Origin: an uncultured Alphaproteobacteria bacterium
GTDB lineage: Bacteria > Pseudomonadota > Alphaproteobacteria > Methylaequorales > Methylaequoraceae
Direction: 5' to 3'
Assembly: GCA_902526175.1 (NCBI GenBank)
Contig: CABZJY010000001.1
Location: 66,682-130,681 of the forward strand
Length of the DNA stretch: 64,000 bases
Shown: in pieces, positions 44,158-53,639 of the stretch
How positions within the stretch are numbered: the first letter of the stretch is position 1
How the letters are laid out: each line of letters starts with the position of its first letter
Notes under the pieces: model-generated
The model's database searches: none
What the model saw: the letters and a program-made list of their open reading frames with translations, nothing else
Told to the model about the DNA's origin: nothing
Program-made: the position numbers and the translations under genes

Positions 44158-45078
44158 TTAAACATCTAAAAAATAATATAAATTTTTTTTTAAATAATTA
44201 TAAGCATCATAATAAGAAAAATGAATAGCATTTTGTGGTTGGTGTTTAAACCATGTAATTTGTCTTTTAGCATACCTTCTACTGTCTCTTTGACTTAAAC
44301 TAATTGCTTCATCTAGATTAATTTCTCCTTCAATAAATTTTTTAATATGTTTTAATCCAATCATTTTGTTTATAGGGTGATCTGTACTAATCTTTTTTCT
44401 TATAAAACTTCTTACCTCTTTAACCACACCTTTTTCTACCATCTTTTCGAACCTTTGATTAATATTATTGTAAAGAGTATCTCTGGAGGTTTGTAAAATT
44501 AGAAAAATATAATTATTAATATTTTTTGAGCAGTTTTTTTCTCTCCAATAATTGAGGCTTTTGCCAGTTCCAATTTTTACCTCTAAAGCTCTAAGAATCC
44601 TTTGCTTATCTTTATGGTGAATTTTTTTTGATATTGAATAATCTTTTTTTTTTAACATTTCGTAAATATATTCTAAACCTTCATTAGAATAAATTTCCCT
44701 TATTCGGGCTCTTATCTTTTCATTAATTTTTGGAACATAAGAAATTTTTTTTTCTAAACTTCTTAAATATAGACCTGTTCCACCAACAACAATAGGTACT
44801 TTTTTTTTTATTTGAGCTTTTTTGATCTCAATCTTTGCAGATTTTGACCACCATCCTAAGTCTGCTGCATTCGGGGTTTTTATGACACCAAATAACTTAT
44901 TTTCAACACCTTCAAATTCGAATTTTGAAGGTCTATTTGATAAAGTTCGCAAGTCCTTGTAAACCTGCATACTGTCGGCATTTATAACTACAGAAGGTAC
45001 TTCCTTTGCAATTTTAATCGCCAAATCTGTTTTATGTGAAGCTGTAGCACCGCCTATTATAAAAATTTTTTCTGACAA
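44158..45078 (-). CDS. miaA: tRNA dimethylallyltransferase
   Basis: DSMQVYKDL and VGGTGLYLRSL motifs, with a degenerate N-terminal P-loop. Confidence 0.8.
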   Translation of the reverse strand: MSEKIFIIGGATASHKTDLAIKIAKEVPSVVINADSMQVYKDLRTLSNRPSKFEFEGVENKLFGVIKTPNAADLGWWSKSAKIEIKKAQIKKKVPIVVGGTGLYLRSLEKKISYVPKINEKIRARIREIYSNEGLEYIYEMLKKKDYSISKKIHHKDKQRILRALEVKIGTGKSLNYWREKNCSKNINNYIFLILQTSRDTLYNNINQRFEKMVEKGVVKEVRSFIRKKISTDHPINKMIGLKHIKKFIEGEINLDEAISLSQRDSRRYAKRQITWFKHQPQNAIHFSYYDAYNYLKKNLYYFLDV

Positions 45079-45079
45079 G

Positions 45080-46540
45080 TTATTTTAACTTTAACGGTAT
45101 AAACCGAGGGAAACCATTTTGATAAATTTGTACAAGAACTGAATCCATATTATTTTTTACGGCGTCATCAAAAATTTGCTTTGCCTGCTTTGCAGAAGTT
45201 ATTTTTTTTTGCGATACTTGAGAAATTACATTACCAACACTCAATCCAGCGTTTGATGCAGGGGAATTATTTTTTACTCCAGTTATTACAGAACCAGAAA
45301 TATTTTCATCAATTTTGTATTGATCTCTAATAAAATCTGTAATGTCTTTTAATCTCAGTCCAACTTGATCAATTTCATATTCTTCATTAGTCTTTTCAGT
45401 AGAGTCTTTTTTTGGATCAATCTTTGCTTGATCATCAAATTTTTCTCGCTCTGCAAGCTTTACTTTAAATTTTTTAATTTTCTTATCTCTCCACACATCA
45501 ACTTTTGCAGAACTTGATACGGCTGCTTCGGCTACAATTCGTTGTAAATCTCTTACATTTTTTATTTTTTTTCCATTAAAGTTTATGATAACATCACCAG
45601 CTCTAATACCTGCTTTTTCCGCAGGTTCACCAGGATTTACCATTGAGATAAGAACGCCATCGCTTTCTTTTAAACCTAAGCTTTCAGCTATTTCTGGAGT
45701 GACCTCTTGAATTCTTACACCAAGCCAACCCCTTTGAGTTTTTCCAAACTTTCTTAGTTGTTCAATAATTGGTTTAGCTAAATTAGATGGAATTGAGAAC
45801 CCTATTCCCACACTACCACCAGAAGGAGAAAATATTGCAGAATTAATTCCTACAACATCTCCATTAATATTGAATAATGGGCCACCTGAATTACCCTTAT
45901 TTATCGATGCATCTGTTTGTATAAAACTATCGTAAGGTCCGGAGTTTATATCTCGATTAAAAGCAGAAATTATTCCTGATGTAACAGTACCACCGAGACC
46001 AAAAGGATTACCAATAGCAATAACTGAATGTCCAACTCTTGCTTTATCAGAATCTGCAAAGTCTACAAATTTTAACGGTTTTTTTGATTTCACTTTAAGT
46101 AAAGCTAGATCGGTTAATTTATCTTGCCCTATCAATTCTGCTGTTAGTTCAGAATCATCTTGAAATTTAACTTTTATTTCATTGGCTTGAGCAATTACAT
46201 GGTGATTTGTTACAATGTACCCTTCTGGATCAATTACAAAACCAGAACCTAAAGCTTGTGGCTGTTCTCTTTTCTGATCTGGGTTCTGAGGCTGTCCAGG
46301 ACCAAAGCCTGGAGGAAAGTTTTTAAAAAAATCTCTAAATTGTGGAGGTATATTATCAAAGGGAAGTTGTTGAGAAGGTGAGTCCTCAGCTTTTTGTGTT
46401 GTAAATACGTTAACCACTGCAGGGGATAAGTCTTCAACTAGATCAGCAAACTCATCAGATGAAGGATGTGAAAATGATTCCCTGAATTGAAGAAATAAAA
46501 ATGTAGTTAGTATAAATAAAAATTTAGGTAAATTTGACAT
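45080..46540 (-). CDS. degP: Periplasmic serine endoprotease DegP/DegQ (HtrA family), two PDZ domains
   Basis: TNHHV, DLALLK and GNSGGPL catalytic-triad motifs; signal peptide. Confidence 0.85.
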   Translation of the reverse strand: MSNLPKFLFILTTFLFLQFRESFSHPSSDEFADLVEDLSPAVVNVFTTQKAEDSPSQQLPFDNIPPQFRDFFKNFPPGFGPGQPQNPDQKREQPQALGSGFVIDPEGYIVTNHHVIAQANEIKVKFQDDSELTAELIGQDKLTDLALLKVKSKKPLKFVDFADSDKARVGHSVIAIGNPFGLGGTVTSGIISAFNRDINSGPYDSFIQTDASINKGNSGGPLFNINGDVVGINSAIFSPSGGSVGIGFSIPSNLAKPIIEQLRKFGKTQRGWLGVRIQEVTPEIAESLGLKESDGVLISMVNPGEPAEKAGIRAGDVIINFNGKKIKNVRDLQRIVAEAAVSSSAKVDVWRDKKIKKFKVKLAEREKFDDQAKIDPKKDSTEKTNEEYEIDQVGLRLKDITDFIRDQYKIDENISGSVITGVKNNSPASNAGLSVGNVISQVSQKKITSAKQAKQIFDDAVKNNMDSVLVQIYQNGFPRFIPLKLK

Positions 46541-46545
46541 AACTA

Positions 46546-47415
46546 CTATTGACCTCGAGAATTATTAAAAAATTCTAAAAATTGGCTATCAGGTGACAAA
46601 ATCATGGTTGTACCATCTTCTCCTAAAACATTTCTGTATGCCTGCATAGATCTGTAAAACGAATAAAAATTAGAGTCTCTCTCAAATGCATCAGCATAAA
46701 TAGCAATTGATTCTGATTCTCCTTCACCTCTAAGTATTTCACTTTTTCTAGTTGCTTCTGCTAATAATACTGTTTTTTCTTTATCGGCTTCAGCACGAAT
46801 AATTTGAGCTTGTTCAGCACCTTTTGCTCTGAATTCTTTGGCTTCTTTTACCCTTTCACTAATCATTCTGTCAAAAATCGCTTGACTATTTGCTTCTGGT
46901 AAATCAGCTCTTCTAATTCTTACATCCACAACTTCAATACCAAACCTTTGTGCGGCATCGTTTACCTCAATTTGTATTCTATCCATGATATTGCTTCTCT
47001 CAGATGATAGTAATTCATCAAGGGTAACTTTTCCAACTACTCTTCTTAAGGAAGAAATTACATTTGAGTTTAATCTATTTCTTACATTTGCTTCGTTACC
47101 AACTGTTTTGTAAAACTCTAAGGGATCAATTATTTTAAATCTCGCAAAAGAATCAATTAACATCCTTTTTTTATCAACAGCAATAACCTCTTCAATTGGA
47201 AGATTGTATTCTAATATTCTATTATCATATCTAACGACATTTTGAATAAAAGGGATCTTAAAGTGCAAACCAGATTTTTGTATTACTCTTTTTGGATCAC
47301 CAAACTGAAGTACCAAACCCTGTTGAGTTTCCTTCATAGTAAATATGCCATTTAATACTACTAGAAATGAAACAAATAAAATTGAATAAATTAATACCTT
47401 AGTTGCCTTCATCAT
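46546..47415 (-). CDS. hflC: HflC (SPFH-domain protease modulator)
   Basis: SPFH/band-7 pattern; follows hflK. Confidence 0.8.
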   Translation of the reverse strand: MMKATKVLIYSILFVSFLVVLNGIFTMKETQQGLVLQFGDPKRVIQKSGLHFKIPFIQNVVRYDNRILEYNLPIEEVIAVDKKRMLIDSFARFKIIDPLEFYKTVGNEANVRNRLNSNVISSLRRVVGKVTLDELLSSERSNIMDRIQIEVNDAAQRFGIEVVDVRIRRADLPEANSQAIFDRMISERVKEAKEFRAKGAEQAQIIRAEADKEKTVLLAEATRKSEILRGEGESESIAIYADAFERDSNFYSFYRSMQAYRNVLGEDGTTMILSPDSQFLEFFNNSRGQ

Positions 47416-48529
47416 CTATTCCTTTAATTACATTAGACCTTTTTTTTAATTCTGGAAGAGGTAGGTATGGAACGATTCCGCTACCCGCATCTTTATCAAC
47501 AATAACTTTATCAATTTTTCCCAATGTCTGTTCTAGTGTCTCTAAATAAATTCTTTTTCTAGTAACATCCTTTGAATTTTTGTACGAATTATAAACTGAA
47601 ATAAACCTTTCAGCTTCACCTTTTGCTTTTGAAACAACTTCTTTTTTATATGCCTCTGATTCTTGAATCATTTTTTCGGCTTGACCTCTGGCTTTTGGAA
47701 TAATATCGTTTCTGTAGGCTTGAGCCTCATTAATTAGTTTTTGTTCGTCAGTTTTTGCTCTTTGGACATCTCTGTACGAATCTATAACGTTTTCTGGGGG
47801 ATCAGCTTTTTGGAGTTGCACTTGAGTAACTAATATTCCAGATTTATAATAATCAAGAACATTCTGAAGTTTAAGTTTGGCATCTTCCTCAACTATAGAT
47901 TTACCTTCGGCAAGGATTGGATCAATTGGTGTTTGCCCAATTTTTTCCCTCATAACGCTTTCTCCAATACTTTTAATAGTCGCCTCTGGATTTCTTACGT
48001 TAAATAAAAAATCTTTTGCGTCATTAATAATCCAAAAAATTGTGAAATTTAAATCAACAATGTTTTCGTCACCAGTCAGCATCAGCGCCTCTTCTGGAAC
48101 TTGTCTTGTTTGTGAATTTTGACTAAATTGACTCTGAGTATTTCTAAAACCCACTTCAATCCTATTAACTTTAGTCACTTTTGGTTTTGATACACTCTCA
48201 ATGGGAAGAGGTAAATGATAATGTAATCCAGGTTCTGAAGTTCTAACATATTTTCCAAATCTAACCACAACACCTTGTTCATCGGTCCCGACTCTGTAAA
48301 AACCACTGGCTAACCAAAACAATCCCACTATTACAACTAAAACCAGAAGGTTTGAGGAAGAATTCTTAGGGAACATGGATTTAAACCTATTTTGAATATT
48401 TTTTAAAATATCATCATAGTCACCAGGATCAAATGAACCATTACCTTTGCTAGATCCCTTCTTGTTGTTACCCCCACTACTACTCCCCCACGGACTTTGA
48501 TTATCTCCATCATTTGGCGACCAAACCAT
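47399..48529 (-). CDS. hflK: HflK (SPFH-domain protease modulator)
   Basis: Gly/Ser-rich N-terminus, a TM segment and an SPFH domain; paired with hflC. Confidence 0.8.
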   Translation of the reverse strand: MVWSPNDGDNQSPWGSSSGGNNKKGSSKGNGSFDPGDYDDILKNIQNRFKSMFPKNSSSNLLVLVVIVGLFWLASGFYRVGTDEQGVVVRFGKYVRTSEPGLHYHLPLPIESVSKPKVTKVNRIEVGFRNTQSQFSQNSQTRQVPEEALMLTGDENIVDLNFTIFWIINDAKDFLFNVRNPEATIKSIGESVMREKIGQTPIDPILAEGKSIVEEDAKLKLQNVLDYYKSGILVTQVQLQKADPPENVIDSYRDVQRAKTDEQKLINEAQAYRNDIIPKARGQAEKMIQESEAYKKEVVSKAKGEAERFISVYNSYKNSKDVTRKRIYLETLEQTLGKIDKVIVDKDAGSGIVPYLPLPELKKRSNVIKGIDDEGN

Positions 48530-48625
48530 TAATTTACTCCAATTAAAATTTATGTTTCATTTTTATATAAGAATTGTTTTAATCATGCAAAGTAATTATT
48601 TCATATTTATACAAAATATAAAGCT

Positions 48626-49411
48626 TTGAGAAATATAAAAAATATTATTGTTGTAGGTTCAGGTAAAGGAGGTGTTGGTAAATCAACAGTTTCAACAAAC
48701 TTAGCGATATGCTTGTCCCAAAAGAAATTTAAAGTTGGCTTACTTGATGCTGATATATATGGTCCCTCGATACCAAAGATGCTTAAAATAAATGAAAAAC
48801 CAAAAATTAGTAAAGAAAAAAAAATTTTGCCTTTTGAAAAATATGGCATTAGGTCAATGTCAATAGGTAATCTTATTGATGAGGAAAAACCAATTATCTG
48901 GAGAGGGGCTATGGTTGTTAGAGCTCTCAATCAAATGTTAACTGATATTGCTTGGGGTGAATTGGATTTTTTGATAATAGATTTACCACCTGGTACTGGG
49001 GATATTCAATTGTCTTTGTCTCAATCACTAAGCATTAGTGGGGCTGTCGTAGTTACCACTCCTCAAGACATTTCACTGATAGATGTAAGAAAAGCTATAA
49101 ATATGTTTAAAAGAGTAAATGTTGAAATAACAGGGATAATAGAAAATATGAGTTTTTTAAAACAAGGAAATAAAAAAATTTATATTTTTGGCAAAGATGG
49201 CGGTTTAAATGAATCAAAAAAACAAAAAATTCCTTTTTTAGGACAGATACCAATTTTGCCTGAAATAACTACTCATTCCGATCTTGGAAAACCCGTAGCA
49301 ACAGATAAGAAAAGCGAGTCTTTTTTAGTTTATGATAAGGTTATTAATAATTTTCTTAAATATCTCAAAAAGGACAGTAAATCGAACAATACAAAAATTA
49401 CTTTTGAATAA
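48626..49411 (+). CDS. apbC: Mrp/NBP35 (ApbC) Fe-S cluster carrier ATPase
   Basis: GSGKGGVGKSTVS deviant Walker A and DLPPGTGD motifs. Confidence 0.8.
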   Translation: MRNIKNIIVVGSGKGGVGKSTVSTNLAICLSQKKFKVGLLDADIYGPSIPKMLKINEKPKISKEKKILPFEKYGIRSMSIGNLIDEEKPIIWRGAMVVRALNQMLTDIAWGELDFLIIDLPPGTGDIQLSLSQSLSISGAVVVTTPQDISLIDVRKAINMFKRVNVEITGIIENMSFLKQGNKKIYIFGKDGGLNESKKQKIPFLGQIPILPEITTHSDLGKPVATDKKSESFLVYDKVINNFLKYLKKDSKSNNTKITFE

Positions 49412-49414
49412 AAT

Positions 49415-50353
49415 TTATATAATACCAAATCTTTTTTTCAATTCATCTTCTTCTCTTTTTGAAATTTTGATTTTGTCATTTTTCTTACCGTGAATTAAGT
49501 TTTTAATAAACTCAATCCCATGTTTTGATAAACTTATATTTTCTAATCTATGTGAAATAAATGCTTCATAAGTTAGTGGAACCCATTTTTTCAGTATATC
49601 AAGCATTGCTTCCGCATACACTCTTATTTCATATTGAGCATGATAATCAAATCTCAATGATAAAAAATGCATGAGATTATGAAGATCAATCTTCCAATAC
49701 CACTCAGTATAGGCATTTAGTGGAAGAATCATTCGTGCTAGTTCTCTTGCAACACCATTCTTATTTTTATCAATAGTTTTTCCGCTGTCATCTTCATTCA
49801 ACAATTCTCTGTAGTCACTAAATGCATGCTTTGAGTTTTTCTTTATTATATCTAGATATTCTTTTGATTCTATGTCATTAAGTTGTTGTTCTCTTCCTTG
49901 ATTGTTTGATTTTGATTGTGCCTGCATATTTTTTTTGTTTGGTATATAAAACTCACTTTCTAAAATTGAATATCTTGCCGAATATTCGTTTACATTTGCT
50001 GTTCTATGTCTTATCCACTGTCTAGCTACAAAAATTGGTAATTTAACATGAAATTTAATTTCATTCATTTCAAAAGGTGTAGAATGCCTATGACTTAAAA
50101 GGTAATTTATAAGGTTTTTATCTTGATTTATTTTTTTTGTACCCTTCCCATATGAAACTCTAGCAGCTTGAACTATTGAGCTATCATCTCCCATGTAATC
50201 AATTACTCTAATAAAACCTTTATCTAAAACCTTAAAACTTTTATATAAAATATTTTCAATTTTTTTTACTGTAGCTCTTCTAGTGGTATTAGTGTTTTTT
50301 CTGATCTTATTAATTTGATCAAGATTTTTTTTTTTCTGTTCCATCATAAACAT
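49415..50353 (-). CDS. thyX: FAD-dependent thymidylate synthase
   Basis: [19 protein letters not shown] contains the ThyX RHRxxxxxxxS motif. Confidence 0.9.
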   Translation of the reverse strand: MFMMEQKKKNLDQINKIRKNTNTTRRATVKKIENILYKSFKVLDKGFIRVIDYMGDDSSIVQAARVSYGKGTKKINQDKNLINYLLSHRHSTPFEMNEIKFHVKLPIFVARQWIRHRTANVNEYSARYSILESEFYIPNKKNMQAQSKSNNQGREQQLNDIESKEYLDIIKKNSKHAFSDYRELLNEDDSGKTIDKNKNGVARELARMILPLNAYTEWYWKIDLHNLMHFLSLRFDYHAQYEIRVYAEAMLDILKKWVPLTYEAFISHRLENISLSKHGIEFIKNLIHGKKNDKIKISKREEDELKKRFGII

Positions 50354-50449
50354 TAAAACTTTTTTGTTTAAAAAAACAAATACAAAAATAATATTCTTTA
50401 ATTTTTTTTTTTTTTATATATTCTTAAGGTGCTGATTTTTCAGCTATAG

Positions 50450-50720
50450 CAATAAATGTTTGATGAGGAATCGAGGCGGACCCGGGGGCGGTACCCGGCG
50501 CCTCCACCAAAGTTTAAGGGGGCGATATAGGATCGACGTGCGTGGAATTATCAAAACTTTGCTCGGTGTAGTTCCGTCGTTATTGGACTAAAACATAATA
50601 AGTGCCAACGATAATGAAATGGTACTCGCTGCTTAAATATTAAGTAAGCGCGGCTGTGAGACGCCGGGCAACAGAAGTCTCATCGGCAAGGGCGGGCAAT
50701 TGTTCGCCCTTGTTTGTTTT
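50450..50720 (+). ncRNA. ssrA: Two-piece (circularly permuted) tmRNA; the 5' boundary is approximate
   Basis: Acceptor piece ends ...CCGGG-GGCGGTA-CCCGG-CGCCTCC-A-CCA at 50509. The coding piece starts GGGGGCG at 50518 and pairs with CGCCTCC, including a G3:U pair. Tag ORF 50604-50636 GCC AAC GAT AAT GAA ATG GTA CTC GCT GCT TAA encodes ANDNEMVLAA. CTCATCG (50679-50685) pairs with TGATGAG (50461-50467). Ends in a hairpin plus a T-run. Confidence 0.85.
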
Positions 50721-50832
50721 AGGCACAGTCACAAAGGGTTTCAGAGGATTCACTCTTCAACAAATAAGGGAAACAAAAGTGCAATAAGTTCAATGCACTT
50801 TCAATGCACTTTCAATGCACTCTTGTTTGTTC
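50672..50832 (+). repeat. Module M0 (attL-like): native ssrA left side, then core, terminator and right arm with 3x CAATGCAC
   Basis: Core 50672-50720. Right arm AGGCACAGTCACAAAGGGTTTCAGAGGATTCACTC... CAATGCAC at 50791, 50802 and 50813. Ends TCTTGTTTGTTC. Confidence 0.85.
50688..50720 (+). terminator. Rho-independent terminator of ssrA
   Basis: AAGGGCG-GGCAATTGTT-CGCCCTT followed by GTTTGTTTT. Identical copies lie at 53894-53926, 55823-55855 and 57385-57417. Confidence 0.75.
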
Positions 50833-50835
50833 TTT

Positions 50836-52038
50836 TTAATCATTAAGTTCAATAACACGATGGAATTTAAACAATAATTTTTTATGTTTAGGTTTTATTT
50901 TCCATAGAAAATCGTAACCCTTTTTTTTAATAAAATTTTGCCACCCATCTATTTTTACCCATAAAAGATAATCTAACGTAATATCTCCTGTCTCTAACAA
51001 AGTAAAAAAGTTGGTGGAATCTATAGATCCAGTATGTGTTAATGTTTTATAATGAAAACTTTCATTTTCTGATCGCTTCTGACCTGAGGTAATTGCCTTT
51101 ATCCAAAATGTCTCTTTATGTTTCTCCTCTAGTTTTTGGATAAGTTCACTTTTCAACCAGGCTACATCTTCTTCAATAATATTATTAGGTTGGTAGACCT
51201 GTAAGACTTTGTCATCTTTAATATCTAATCTCAAATCATGAGAATTTTTTTTTATTGCACTAATAGTATTGAAGATAACTTTAAAATGATATTTATCACT
51301 TGGTTTACCCCTTTTTTCTACAATGTCTTCTGAACTTTTAAGATTACTGATATTCCAATTTGGAACTTTAGAAAATAAAGTATCTCTAGTTTTAAAATCA
51401 TTTCTACTTGTTTTTATCTCTATTCCTTTATAATCAGGTTTGCCTGAACTATTGGGTTTAATGCCACATAGATTTTCAAATGTTAGACCAATACCTGTAT
51501 CACCTGCTTTAATTGTTTTTACAAATCCCAGTTTTGATATTTCCTTACATTTATCTAAAAGTTCATTTGAAAATTGAGAATAGATAACATTTTTTTTTAT
51601 TAACTCATTAACCCTTTTATCCGTTGAATTAAATAAATTTTCTAAACTAGAAGAACTACAATTAATTACTATTAACTTTTTATCACTTGCCATTAATGCT
51701 AATAAATCTGTAGGTTTTGAATATTTTGATAAGTTATAAATCCATATTCTTGGGTCACCATTTTTGGTATGAGGTCTGTAAAATGAAGTTTTTGTTTTAA
51801 TAATCTCATTTTTTGAAAATAAAAAAGTTTCTGAAATTTTTTTATGCTCCTCACCTTGTTTTTGCGAATGATAATCATGAATTTTATTTTCTTTTAAAAA
51901 ATCTCTAACTGAATGAGTTGCATCTATAATAGATTTACTAATAGCAGTTTCTGTGGGTACTAAAAAAGTAACCTGCTTATCATACCTTTTAAAAACATCT
52001 AATGTCTCAGTTATATTTTTGTTCGAAATAGAAAGCAT
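50836..52038 (-). CDS. Putative type II restriction endonuclease: MutH/MvaI/BcnI-like C-terminal nuclease domain plus an unknown N-terminal domain of about 170 aa (cassette A)
   Basis: GDTGIGLTFENLCGIKPNSSGKPDYKGIEIKTSR matches the G..G...E..G....PD-x4-E-x-K pattern of that nuclease family. Lies immediately downstream of a C5-MTase. Confidence 0.55.
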   Translation of the reverse strand: MLSISNKNITETLDVFKRYDKQVTFLVPTETAISKSIIDATHSVRDFLKENKIHDYHSQKQGEEHKKISETFLFSKNEIIKTKTSFYRPHTKNGDPRIWIYNLSKYSKPTDLLALMASDKKLIVINCSSSSLENLFNSTDKRVNELIKKNVIYSQFSNELLDKCKEISKLGFVKTIKAGDTGIGLTFENLCGIKPNSSGKPDYKGIEIKTSRNDFKTRDTLFSKVPNWNISNLKSSEDIVEKRGKPSDKYHFKVIFNTISAIKKNSHDLRLDIKDDKVLQVYQPNNIIEEDVAWLKSELIQKLEEKHKETFWIKAITSGQKRSENESFHYKTLTHTGSIDSTNFFTLLETGDITLDYLLWVKIDGWQNFIKKKGYDFLWKIKPKHKKLLFKFHRVIELND

Positions 52039-52051
52039 AAAACTATTTGAT

Positions 52052-53326
52052 TTAACTTATTTCATTTCTTAAAATTAAATTTTTAAAAAATTTTCCAATT
52101 TCGTAGGCAAGTTTTGGAGGCACTGCATTTCCTATTTGTGTATATTTTGGAACCTCTCTATCAAAAATAGATGTTCTTGGATTCCCTGCCCGCCTTATTC
52201 CACCTGTGGTTCTTTTTCCGTAAAATTTATACCAATCTGGAAATGTTTGTATTCTTGCCATCTCTCTGACAGTGATTGATCGTGGTTGAGAATAATGAAC
52301 AAAATCGTCTGGCAATGAACAAGTTGTTATCGAAGGTCCACTATTACTCCAAACTTTTGGTAATACTCTTTGAGCAAATTTTTTTGTCTTTAATTCTTCG
52401 GGTATTTTGCCATTATTTTTAATCATAAAATTGAATCTCTTGATAACAGTCTCGCTATGTCTACTATACTGTTGTTCTGATAGATCATTCAAATAACTTG
52501 AATTTCCGTTATTTTTTGACCTAAACATTTTTTGCCATTTATTTTGGGGTGCTTTACTATAAAATTTTGACTCTCCACCGTATTCAAAATCCTTATCTAC
52601 AAGGTCAGACAGAATTTCCTCAATATTAGGATAATCATTGGTTGGTTTTGGAAGAAACCCACCCTCAATTGCATCGATATTCTCTCGATTAACATCCTTA
52701 AAATAATTTTTGTTTAAACCTACTAGTATAACCCTTGGTCTATTTTGGGGAACACCATAATCCTTTGCATGAAGTAATTTATACTTGATTATATAATTAG
52801 GAATTTCTGTAAAAGTATTTAACACATCGTTGAAGATTTCACCTTTGATACCATTCTTTGTCCATCTTGCACTCAATAAACCTCTTACATTTTCAAATAA
52901 AAAAATTTTTGGTTGAATCTTAAAAATCATATATGCCATATCTTGATAAAGATGATTTGAAGGTAATTGAATCTTATCTACGGAATAAGATCGTCTAATT
53001 CCTATTCCAGAGAAACCTTGACACGGTGGTCCACCTACCAATAAATCAACAGGTGTATCTTTTAGATCAAGGTTTAGGTTTTTTTTTATTTCTGACTTAA
53101 ATTTTTCAAAAAATTTCTCATCACTAACAACATCTTTGATGTCATTTGAATTTAATTTTTTTCTCAAATACGGAAATTGATTATCTCTATTGATCAAATA
53201 AGATTCCAATGCATCATTATTAAGTTCATTTACATATATTGGAATAAAACCTGCTTGTTCTAAACCTAACGAGAGTCCTCCACAACCTGCAAATAAATCA
53301 ATTAGAGTAAATTTTTTTTTAGTCAT
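52052..53326 (-). CDS. DNA (cytosine-5)-methyltransferase (cassette A)
   Basis: Motif I DLFAGCGG, IV GGPPCQGFS, VI FENV, VIII PQNRPRV and X GNAVPP. Confidence 0.9.
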   Translation of the reverse strand: MTKKKFTLIDLFAGCGGLSLGLEQAGFIPIYVNELNNDALESYLINRDNQFPYLRKKLNSNDIKDVVSDEKFFEKFKSEIKKNLNLDLKDTPVDLLVGGPPCQGFSGIGIRRSYSVDKIQLPSNHLYQDMAYMIFKIQPKIFLFENVRGLLSARWTKNGIKGEIFNDVLNTFTEIPNYIIKYKLLHAKDYGVPQNRPRVILVGLNKNYFKDVNRENIDAIEGGFLPKPTNDYPNIEEILSDLVDKDFEYGGESKFYSKAPQNKWQKMFRSKNNGNSSYLNDLSEQQYSRHSETVIKRFNFMIKNNGKIPEELKTKKFAQRVLPKVWSNSGPSITTCSLPDDFVHYSQPRSITVREMARIQTFPDWYKFYGKRTTGGIRRAGNPRTSIFDREVPKYTQIGNAVPPKLAYEIGKFFKNLILRNEIS

Positions 53327-53405
53327 TTAATAAATATAACATGTTATTATTCATTACATATTAATCTAACATTGATAGTTTTTTATCTCCAATTTAATTT
53401 GGGGT

Positions 53406-53452
53406 ATAGTAACGACCTACCGTTCTGGAATAGTAACGACCTAATCGTTCTG
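53406..53452. promoter_or_regulatory. Tandem direct repeat (about 23 nt, two copies) in the divergent intergenic region of cassette A; candidate operator
   Basis: ATAGTAACGACCTACCGTTCTG (53406-53427) and ATAGTAACGACCTAATCGTTCTG (53430-53452), between the MTase start (53326) and the mini-ORF start (53523). Confidence 0.4.
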
Positions 53453-53522
53453 TCTCAAACTGTAAAGGTTTCCGTACATTCAAATTTTCTTGGTTAATAA
53501 CAATTAACAAAGGAGAACTAAA

Positions 53523-53639
53523 ATGGTTAAAATCATTTGGAAAGAACTTAAAGAGGATGACCCCATCTTCAAAACTGGATTTATAATCTCAAATCCAAAA
53601 CTAAACTTTAATAAAAAAAGTAAAGGAGATAAAAAATGA
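53523..53639 (+). CDS. Mini-ORF 1 (38 aa), cassette A
   Basis: MVKIIWKELKEDDPIFKTGFIISNPKLNFNKKSKGDKK, preceded by AAAGGAG 7 nt upstream of the ATG. Its stop overlaps the next start (ATGA). Confidence 0.4.
   Translation: MVKIIWKELKEDDPIFKTGFIISNPKLNFNKKSKGDKK

Noticed and set aside
50401-50416. The long T homopolymer upstream of ssrA, and the many A/T runs throughout the window.
   Set aside because: This is expected background in a genome this AT-rich. There is no periodicity or conserved partner sequence, and it is plausibly just part of the ssrA/thyX divergent promoter region.
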